Assembly: GCA_973895155.1 (NCBI GenBank)
Contig: OZ316898.1
Coordinates: forward strand, 14,600,330 to 14,664,329
From: Marsupella aquatica
Lineage: Eukaryota > Plantae > Marchantiophyta
Reading direction: 5' to 3'
DNA: 64,000 bases
In this document: positions 51,301 to 59,626 of the stretch, piece after piece
How positions within the stretch are numbered: position 1 is the stretch's first letter
Layout of the letters: the number at the start of each line of letters is the position of its first letter
Notes under the pieces: generated by a model
Told to the model about the DNA's origin: nothing
The model's database searches: none
Seen by the model: the letters and a program-made list of their open reading frames with translations, nothing else
Made by a program: the position numbers and the translations under genes

Positions 51301-54026
51301 GAAATTTAGTCCTATATGTAGCACAATCCGATTATAGAGAGCTCCGCCTCCTTGAAGAGAGAGGGGCAAAGGAAGGGGAGGAGTGATTTCAATCGAATTG
51401 ACGGCAAGCACTCTAAACCTGAAGTCTCTACTCTGTTGTAGCCAAAAAGGTCATGAATCCAGAGCTCAATGTAACAAGCCCTGTCAAATCAGAGTGATTC
51501 ATCAAGCTACATGCTGATCAAATATGAGCCATACTACTACCATGCGAACTTAATGAATACCACAGATGGCAGTGACTGAGAGACTAGCTCCAATGCTTCA
51601 TCAAATTTCTCCAAAAAATATGAAGCATAGTACTACCATGCGAGCTTAGTGAAAACCGCACATGGCAGTGACTGAGGGTCTAGCTCCAATGCTTCATCGA
51701 ATTTCTCCAACGAGCCTTTCACGTCCCCCTGTCACGATCAAGTTTGGCAGACCACGTAAAAAACATTATACATCATCGGATACGAAACATCTGATACGGA
51801 CTACTAACAAAACCCATGAATTGGTAGTAAGTGGATGATTGAACTCATAATGTGTACAAAAGCACAGAAGTACAAACTACTGTGTCACGACGGCTTCTAC
51901 TCATATCTAGCCAAAACTTCAGCAGCATATGCAACAATAGAACTCAACAGTGCAACCTCGATAAAACAACAAGGCAGCCACGAGGTACTCTATTATGCTC
52001 CTTTTCAAATCCTGCCTGGAGATTCCTACATTGGACGCGAGTATTGGGATTAATTGAAGCTCGTTCTCAGTCGTTTCTACACAATGGTTCTTGTCTCACA
52101 GTGTCCTGTATTGACCGGTACACATGTCCTGACGATGGTCAGGAAATTGACCATCGCCAGGTCATTGCTGGTCAATGCCAAAGGTCCTGATCGTTGTCTT
52201 AAAATGATGCCAGAAAACTTCGTCGACGGAAGAAACCTAACAAATGAATTCTTAAGGGAAATTCGAGGTTAAGCCATAGAAGTTCATTTTCACTCTTACG
52301 AGAGTAAGTTAAGTTTGTCAAGACTTATCTACGGCCATGCAGTGGATCAAAACTAACCATGAAGAAAGAAAAGAGTAATCCAATTGTAACAAAGTTTACA
52401 GAGTTTGTACTGTAAAGTTCACTATGAACGTGAGAGGCTGATTGTGCTTTCAAACTCTTTTTCCACATTCGACAACAGCAATGGTGATTTTTTACCGCAT
52501 TTTGTCCAGGAGACGCTAGGTGCGTCAAAACGAAGCGGAAATGTCGAGGGTATGAGAATTGCAAACAGAAGATTTCCAGCCGGGGTTTTGGAGGCTAGCG
52601 AGCTCTATCGGGGACAAGAATTGGCAAGAATTTTCAGGCAGAATCGGAAATCACACTGGGATCCAGCGTTCTAAAAACATCTTCCTTTTTTCTTCCTCCC
52701 GCATTTCCGCAACCAAGAAGTACATAGGAATTTGGTATGGATACGAATCCTTTATTTCTACATTGGGCATTCCTCCAATTTGACTCAAAGAATTTCGTGT
52801 AAGGTCTGATAGAACAGTCACCCATCCTGAATTCTCAATTTGAGTAACTTTGCGGGTAGCGTGTAAGCAAATTGAGGCCTGCACATCACGTTCCTGCAGC
52901 TATAAGGCTCGACAGACTCCACGGGATTCTCAATTCTGTGACAGTAACTACGGTATTGGAAGCTATGTAGACTTGCCAGGGAGTGGATAAAAACTGCGAC
53001 CACGATTCAATAAACGAGCTGCACTCTCTGCTTAGGTGATTTAGAGGGCAATTATCATAAGTAGTGAGTTTTCCGGTTGAGCAAAGACATCGATTTCTTA
53101 AGCGTGCACCAACCTTGTTCTGGAAACGCACCTTAAGATTCAACTGATTCACTCTGAAGCCGTTGACCCGTCATTTCAATTTCGGTGGGAATTTCTGCAC
53201 TGAATTGGTCCATCTGGGACGGGGAGGCCGTCAAATTGAAGTTCCAGAAGGTTTATTTGACTTCTGAGAAGAAAATAAAGTTTCGGATACTCCTGCCTTT
53301 GCATTGTAACCCGACCGTACATCATGCTAGTTATATATCTCGAGCGAATGATTATATCAAACAGAGTGTTTTCTTATTTCCTTCGCACCAGTTGTCTCCT
53401 TTACCTTGCACTGGGAGACCACTATTCGAATGATTTATGCAACGACCATAAATCAGTGAAAATCTCATGATTGCGGATTTCATTCAGACTGACACAATTG
53501 GACACATTATGAGAACGTGTAGTCTAATCTTTGAAAATTCAGGACATAGAAAACCATGGCGAGACAGCACTGGACGCCAACATTCATAGTCAGTGGTCAG
53601 GCTGTGCAAAGGCGACGGCGTGCACACCTGAGAGAAGAGCTGCATTCCCTTCCTCGTGGCCACCATCGCCTGCTGACGACCCCCCTGGCCTGCCATCGCT
53701 GCCATGGCCAAAGCGCCAGTAGCAGCCGCTCCCACCAACCCTGCTGCAATCCACGTGACGGGGATGCTTCCCAAGACGAGGCCTCGCCTGTTCACACTTG
53801 GAAGGCCACCATCGCTGCTTCTTGGTACAAAACGCCCTACAGCTCCACCATTCCTTAGAGAAGAGCCCACAAATGTCCTTGAGCTGCTGCTGCTTCTTTC
53901 ACAGCTGATGATATCCCTTTTGCTTGATGAGAATCGGTGCACATTGAACGACGAGCAAGAGAGTCGGAGCGGCGAGAGCTCGCAACAGACCGTGAGGGTG
54001 TGTGCTACTGTAATGGAAGTCACCAT
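48353..54026 (-). CDS. Tetratricopeptide-repeat (TPR) protein with N-terminal plastid-type transit peptide, 9 exons, ~311 aa
   Basis: Exons with GT-AG introns and consistent phases: 53628-54026, 51662-51728, 51233-51272, 50983-51046, 49788-49856, 49424-49495, 49188-49268, 48551-48612, 48353-48434 (936 nt). Translation RKGMQLFSQGDVKGSLEKFDEALELDP..YLWQRGLSLYYVDRFEEGAKQFRDDVAVNPNDTEEAIWCFLCEAQ..VGPDRRPIM..YFYANLYAGLYHEA..SGDYMAILARVH matches a conserved plant TPR family (Arabidopsis At3g05625-like, from memory). Confidence 0.92.
49610..49648. repeat. (AGAAACAAC)4 intronic tandem repeat
   Basis: Read directly from the sequence. Confidence 0.85.
51527..51710. repeat. ~95-bp tandem duplication covering the 3' part of TPR exon 2 and its donor site
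   Basis: cata.tactaccatgcga.ctta.tgaa.acc.ca.atggcagtgactgag...ctagctccaatgcttcatc.aatttctccaa at ~51529 and ~51627. Confidence 0.85.
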
Positions 54027-54138
54027 TGTTGAAAGCCTCCGTCCTAGCGCAGGACTCCACTTCTCCCGGTTTGACCTTGCCCGTCAAATTGGGCGTTTGA
54101 GAGCGGCAAATTGACAACCCGGCACCCGGGTTCGGAAG

Positions 54139-54590
54139 CAGTCCGGGAAAGGAAACGTCCGGTTCGGGGTTCGGGTTCGGGAGGAGGTTCGGGAGGAGGT
54201 TCGGGTGGGGGTCCGGGTGACTAATCGGGTCCGGGTCCGGGGCGGAGGCGCTCGGTGGGGGCTCGGGGTGGGGTTCGGGTCCGCTCGGTGGGGGTTCGGG
54301 GTGGGGTCCGGGTGCGGCTCGGGTCCGGGAGGAGGAGGTGCGGGGGGTTCGGGTGGGGGTCCGGGTGGAGTTCGGGTCCGGGTCCGAGGGGTTCGGGTTC
54401 GGGAGGTACGGGGGGTTCGGGTGGGGTCCGGGCCCGGGGCGGAGGCACTCGGTGGGGGTTCGGGGTGGGGTCCGGGTGGGGTTCGGGTCCGGGAGGCCGG
54501 GGTGGCTCCGGGTGGGGTTCGGGGTTCGGGGTCCGGTTCGGGGTTCGGGGTCCGGTTCGGGGTTTGGAAGTTCGGGGTTCGGGATTGAGG
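54139..54590. repeat. G-rich subterminal repeat array (GGGTTCGG / GGGTCCGG)
   Basis: Dozens of degenerate gggt(t/c)cgg units, likely transposase-binding sites. Confidence 0.85.
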
Positions 54591-54710
54591 CTCGGAGAAT
54601 TAGGGTTTCTTACGGTTGGAGGATGGGGCCGGCCGGGAAAGGGTCGGGGGCTCGGGAGAGGATAAAAGGAGGAGATCCCTCCTCCCCCTCCTCATTTTCG
54701 GTTTTGCAGA

Positions 54711-54824
54711 AAGGAGGAGGAGGAGGAGAGGAGGAGAGGAGGAGGAGAAGGAGGAGGAGGAGGAGAGGAGGAGGAGGAGGAGAGGAGGAGGAGGAGGAGG
54801 AGAGTAGGAGAAGAGGAGGAGGAG
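54711..54824 (+). repeat. (GGA)n purine microsatellite
   Basis: Read directly; it ends at a consensus donor GAG|GTAAGT (54825). Confidence 0.9.
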
Positions 54825-54942
54825 GTAAGTGTTTGGTTTTGGTTTTTATTTTTGATTTTTGGTTTATTTTTGTTTGTTTGTGTTTTGTTTTGTGATTTTT
54901 TAAGTTTTCTTTGTGTTTTAAACCCTAACCTTAGAGCCAAAT

Positions 54943-55329
54943 GGAGGGATATAAAGAAACACTTGTACGCGCACGCTTTGAGCCTCGGTTCGGTTTGCGA
55001 TACTCCGTACAAGAATTTCTTAATATCACCTTAACAATTTAGTCTCCTTTGTTCATTAAGTAAAACATTTGCGGAGATAGAGGAATCCATGTACGCATGC
55101 TTAGAGTTTCGGCTCGGTCTGCGATACTTTGCATGGATACCACGATTCGCCGAGAATGTTTTTACTTGAATTACAAATGAGTGTTAAGTTATAGACACCA
55201 AATCACATATGTCGAAGCAGGAATATAACAACTTTGAAAGAAAAGAACACTTTTGTGCGCATGCTTTGAGCGTCCGCTCGGTCTGCGATATTTCACAACT
55301 GTTGTCTTTCTATTTTATTGTTGTTATAT
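54943..55329 (+). ncRNA. Cluster of three miRNA-like hairpins with a shared ~36-40 nt loop and unique stems
   Basis: Arms gatataaagaaacacttgtacg / cgtacaagaatttcttaatatc (54948-55027); aagtaaaacatttgcggagatagaggaatccatg / catggataccacgattcgccgagaatgtttttactt (55058-55167); atataacaac..gaaaagaaca..ttgtg / cacaa.tgttgtctttc..gttgttatat (55223-55329). Each encloses cgca(c/t)gctt(t/a)gag....g(g/c)tcggt(t/c)tgcgata. Expression is unknown. Confidence 0.55.
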
Positions 55330-55517
55330 AGAAAGGTAATTAAAATCATGTGTGCAATAAAAATACATAATGCATGGGAGAAACAAACCGGGAAAAGATA
55401 ATAACAATACGACTTGTAATTTTCAGGTTGGTCGTTGAATCCTTATTGGAAGGATTTTATTTAAATCCCGGTAAGATCTTGTTCCTCCCTCACATATTCC
55501 TTTTGTGAAGGGAAAAC

Positions 55518-57119
55518 ATGGTCATCGAAAATTTTAGTTTAGAGTATAGGCAAGTGTTGGAGATGATCACAAAACATGTGAATGAGGGATATGAGCCGAA
55601 TCTTGTTGCTCTGGATGCATTGAAGAATGCTCGAAACACTCTCGAACATGCTAGGAATTCTAGCAAAGTGGCCGGGAAACAAAAACGGAAGGGGGCAAAC
55701 GAAGAGGCAAAACAGGTTCGACACAATGTGGTAGTGTCGATATGGAAAGAGATACTTTATCGCTACACTCAACCGAAACAGTATGGGGTGGACGGGTTCG
55801 AGAGGGAGTTCACAAGACACGGAGAGAAAGGATACAAGAACTTTCTTGGTGAGATAACCCATTGTATGCGGGAAAGTGTACAAAAGGAGGACAATTTCAC
55901 ACGAGAGCAAATGAAGTCATTTGAAGATGAAACTGAGAAATCGGGAGGATTTCTGGAAAATTTGGCACTCAACTTGGAGAAGCATGTTTGGGATAATTTG
56001 GCAGCCAAAGTGGAAGAGGGTGACACTACATTGCTTGGAAACCCCGGGATGTACACACACAAGAGAGAATTGCTAGTGAAGTGGAGTAAGGAGTTGACAA
56101 TGGCGAAATCTGATAGCAATGTCAAATATGCTAACGAGATTGTGCACTTTGGGGATGTCAGCATCAAAAGTGCTCGAAAAGGAACACGTCCATCGCGTGT
56201 AGTTCCAGAGGTTAGGAGTATCCATTTTCTTAAACCTGAGCAGGTGCACAACACACGTCGCATTGGGAAAGGAATCCAAGGAGAGGTATACACTTGTCGT
56301 ATATTACATTGTCCTCTCATTCCCGTCAACGTGACCTTAGTCGCAAAACGGTTCAAGGATGGAGACAAGCATAAGAGACGAACTGACGCATTACAAGAAG
56401 TGCTTATGGGAGGACTGAATCATAAGGGAATCGTTGGAGCTCTTGCGTTGACTATTGAGGATCCGCCAAAACTTATTTACGATCACTATAATGGAGGTGA
56501 CTTGGGTAGCTTTATTGATAAGTGCGGCATATCGTCAAAGAGCAAGGGGAAGGCACAGATCACGACGGACCTTGATTTCAAGTTCATTTCGGAGAAGAAA
56601 CTCTTGTTGGAGAACCGGTTGGGAATCGCCTTGGCTTTGCTGGAGACATTGCAATACTTGCATGAGCATGATCGATTTCATTGTGATCTTCACTTTGGAA
56701 ACATCCTTCTTCATTTCGATCACGAGCACGATGTGGCTATTAAGGTGTATGTTGGTTTATATGATTTTGGCTTGTCTAAGCATAAATCACAGTGCAAATT
56801 ACCAGCTAATCGGATGTGGCCCACAGCAACAGAAAAAGCAGCAGCATACCAAAAACAATTTCCACAGTTGGCTCCGGAGCTTGTTCAACCTACCCCTGTC
56901 GAGTTTAGTGAAAGTACCGATATATATGCTTTGGGGAATATTTTTGAGACATTATTGACAGAGAATTGGGATGGAATGTCTAAGGGTTCACGGTTTTTGG
57001 GGAGGGGTTGGAGTGCACAAGTGCATGGCCCCAAATTGGATGTCATAATCCGTGAAATGATGGCCACGGATGCCAAGAAAAGAATGGATTGTGCTTTTTG
57101 GAGTTTGAAGATAGTTTGA
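55518..57119 (+). CDS. Intronless protein kinase (TKL-like, non-RD) with an unknown ~240-aa N-terminal domain; transposon cargo
   Basis: 533-aa ORF with all core motifs: IGKGIQGEVY, VAKRF, alphaC Glu (LQEV), HKGIV, YNGGDL, YLHE..FHCDLHFGNILL, LYDFGLS, LAPEL, TDIYALG, and subdomain XI Arg (DAKKRM). Confidence 0.88.
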   Translation: MVIENFSLEYRQVLEMITKHVNEGYEPNLVALDALKNARNTLEHARNSSKVAGKQKRKGANEEAKQVRHNVVVSIWKEILYRYTQPKQYGVDGFEREFTRHGEKGYKNFLGEITHCMRESVQKEDNFTREQMKSFEDETEKSGGFLENLALNLEKHVWDNLAAKVEEGDTTLLGNPGMYTHKRELLVKWSKELTMAKSDSNVKYANEIVHFGDVSIKSARKGTRPSRVVPEVRSIHFLKPEQVHNTRRIGKGIQGEVYTCRILHCPLIPVNVTLVAKRFKDGDKHKRRTDALQEVLMGGLNHKGIVGALALTIEDPPKLIYDHYNGGDLGSFIDKCGISSKSKGKAQITTDLDFKFISEKKLLLENRLGIALALLETLQYLHEHDRFHCDLHFGNILLHFDHEHDVAIKVYVGLYDFGLSKHKSQCKLPANRMWPTATEKAAAYQKQFPQLAPELVQPTPVEFSESTDIYALGNIFETLLTENWDGMSKGSRFLGRGWSAQVHGPKLDVIIREMMATDAKKRMDCAFWSLKIV

Positions 57120-57472
57120 ACGTTTCCAGATTGCACATTGCATTTGCACAACAGTCCATATCTTAGAGATTAGAGATTAGGGTTTACACAATTTTGTAAA
57201 GGTCACCTTAACGATTATATGTTTATTCATTGTATGTCAATTACAATGTTCTGCATTTTGTTGATAATATTCTATCAAACTTTGTCGTGAATGCCCAAAA
57301 TTGTGCTAAATGTGTTTGTACATTGTCAAATATCGCAGACCTTTTGTACACATCGCAAACATGGGACGATGGGAATTGTCTTCTGATGATGAAGACAAAG
57401 AGTTCATGACACAACATCTTACCATGCAAGGGTCAAGGATCCTATTGTGACGATGAAGCTCTTCGTAATAAT

Positions 57473-59287
57473 GTGTTGGATAATCTTACAACCATTGGCA
57501 TTCACTATGAGGCTAAACCCAAGGTTGATGGAACACCGGCGCCAAACACAAGAAGATGGGAAGATGAGGGTATGAAGGATGAATGGAGTATATTAACGCC
57601 CAATGTAAATCCTCCCCATGACGAATGGGCCATGAATGCAAAGGAATTGGAGATGTTGATGCCAAAGAAAGACTTTTGGCCATTAGCACAACAAGTTTTT
57701 CACGATCCGGATCTTTGGGCAACAAGATCATGGGCGCAAGAAAAATTCACCATGTCCAAAGTAACACATGCAGGTGTTAAATCACATTGGCAGCAACAAT
57801 ATCGAGAGTTTGCTCCACACAAAGCCCAAACAAAAATGAGTTCCGTTTACCCTCCTTTTATCCGATGTCTGATTGTTGAATTCATTCTCAAGTGGAAGGT
57901 GGATTACCATTGGGAAAATAGTGCTGGCAAGCTGACTCATCAGGTGCATCCATCAGTGGTTGCGATTGCAACGAATAGGAATACAACTATTGCAAAGGAC
58001 CCTTCAATGGAGACTTCCAACAAGGGATCCAAAAGAAAGCTAGATGACACTGGGGAGGGATATGCGCATGAGAAGGGGAAAGCGGCTGTACTTCCTCGAG
58101 TCTCCATGCCTGACCGTGCAGCACCACCAACCAATGTGGAGTCAACGCACACCAAAAAACCAATCCTTGTAGGTGTTGGGAGTAGAACTCCACACGCAAA
58201 GAACAACAATGTTACTGATGCTAACAAGGATAAGTTCAACCTGCACAACATATGCAAGAGCTTGGGGGCAGATGTTGTAGAGGTGATTGAGACAAATCTC
58301 CGCACGAAGTATGTAGTGAAGCTATGTGAATGTGGCAGCATCAAAAAGTTCAAGTCACAATTGCAACAAGTTGATATAAAGATGAGATCACTTGAGAAGA
58401 AGCAGAACGAGCCGACGACCAATTCTGAAGTGATGTTGTACAAGTGTCAATTGTTTGACAAGATGGAAGAAATCAATAAGCTGACAAAACAACTTGTTGA
58501 AAAAGAACGTCAATGCAATGAATTGGCACGACTTGAGGAGAAGGACAAGATCATTAATGATCTTAAAAGTGAACTTGCAACGCAAGCAATCATCATATCA
58601 AATCTTCACGAAGAGGTGCAAGAATTTAACAATGGTGCTTTGGGGATGAGGTCAAACAAAGGGCAAGGTGAATTATCGTCGCCAAATTTTGTTAACATGC
58701 AAATCATAGATCCTACAGGGCACAACAACCTTTTTCTAGATGTGGAGGTTGACGCGGAAGGTATTGATAGGTTTTTTGATAAGTGGAAAAAGGATGAAAC
58801 TATGGCAGCATTTGTTCGTGAAAAGGACGACAAGTGTACTTGGTGTCTATATCCTTGGGGCCCTGAATCTGTTTCCATGTTGGGAACCTGCGGTCATATA
58901 TGGCATCATGCTTGCTTGTCTAAATGGTTGAAGAAAAGCCAAAAATGTTGGTGTCGCACACCATTTCATGAACGCAAGTATGAGCAACGAGGATTGTTGA
59001 AGCAAATGCCATCAATGGAGACTCAAAAAAACACTGAAGATATGACTGAAGATATGACTGAAGATACTATACCGGCGATGCAAATAGATGAAACTCCCAT
59101 TGAACATTTCACAATCAATGAATATAATTTGTCAGATGGGGAATTTGACAGGTTGTTATTCAGTGGTCGACTCGATGAGTGGAAACAATATGCGGCAGCC
59201 AACCAGCCATCAATAGATGAGCAAAATTTGCAACGATCCATTCGGCGTCATCGACGACGTCAACAACAGGCAGAGGTGAAAACATAA
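57473..59287 (+). CDS. Coiled-coil + C-terminal RING-H2-like protein (putative E3 ligase); transposon cargo
   Basis: 604-codon open frame (first in-frame ATG at 57572; likely original ATG at 57361 in another frame). Heptad-rich region KSQLQQVDIKMRSLEKK..EEINKLTKQLVEKERQCNEL..LHEEVQE. RING motif CTWC-x14-CGHIWHHAC-x10-CWC. Confidence 0.8.
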   Translation: MLDNLTTIGIHYEAKPKVDGTPAPNTRRWEDEGMKDEWSILTPNVNPPHDEWAMNAKELEMLMPKKDFWPLAQQVFHDPDLWATRSWAQEKFTMSKVTHAGVKSHWQQQYREFAPHKAQTKMSSVYPPFIRCLIVEFILKWKVDYHWENSAGKLTHQVHPSVVAIATNRNTTIAKDPSMETSNKGSKRKLDDTGEGYAHEKGKAAVLPRVSMPDRAAPPTNVESTHTKKPILVGVGSRTPHAKNNNVTDANKDKFNLHNICKSLGADVVEVIETNLRTKYVVKLCECGSIKKFKSQLQQVDIKMRSLEKKQNEPTTNSEVMLYKCQLFDKMEEINKLTKQLVEKERQCNELARLEEKDKIINDLKSELATQAIIISNLHEEVQEFNNGALGMRSNKGQGELSSPNFVNMQIIDPTGHNNLFLDVEVDAEGIDRFFDKWKKDETMAAFVREKDDKCTWCLYPWGPESVSMLGTCGHIWHHACLSKWLKKSQKCWCRTPFHERKYEQRGLLKQMPSMETQKNTEDMTEDMTEDTIPAMQIDETPIEHFTINEYNLSDGEFDRLLFSGRLDEWKQYAAANQPSIDEQNLQRSIRRHRRRQQQAEVKT

Positions 59288-59626
59288 GCTGTTGACAATA
59301 ACAACAAAAGGAACTAAAACCAATAGTCTCTACATTTTGATGTTATTTTCATGTAGTTACTATTAGAGACATTTTGTTAAAATAGAAGCGGCATATCCTC
59401 TTTGACAATTATTTTGAACTTGTAATTGGTAAAGAGATTTTGGAGTGACATTACATTGCATATCTCGTTGAGTACATATATTTTTCATTGGGGGCATGGC
59501 GTCGCCCTTTGGAGAATGTGTATTTTTGTAAGAATATTCCATCCTCCAATCAGCCATAGGTTTTGGAAGCATATTGTCGGGCTCACAATCATATTTTTGG
59601 ACAAGTATGAGGAAAATAGACGTGAT

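Noticed and set aside
54205-54895. Gly/Arg-rich ORFs on both strands
   Set aside because: Artefacts of the G-rich subterminal repeats and the (GGA)n tract.
55006-55027. Hairpin-1 arm resembling kinase CDS at ~55832 (tacaagaa.tttctt), suggesting self-targeting
   Set aside because: Only a ~14-nt gapped, AT-rich match in the sense orientation; compatible with chance.
55539-58878. Minus-strand ORFs of 123-199 aa
   Set aside because: Antisense shadows of the kinase and RING ORFs, with no motifs.
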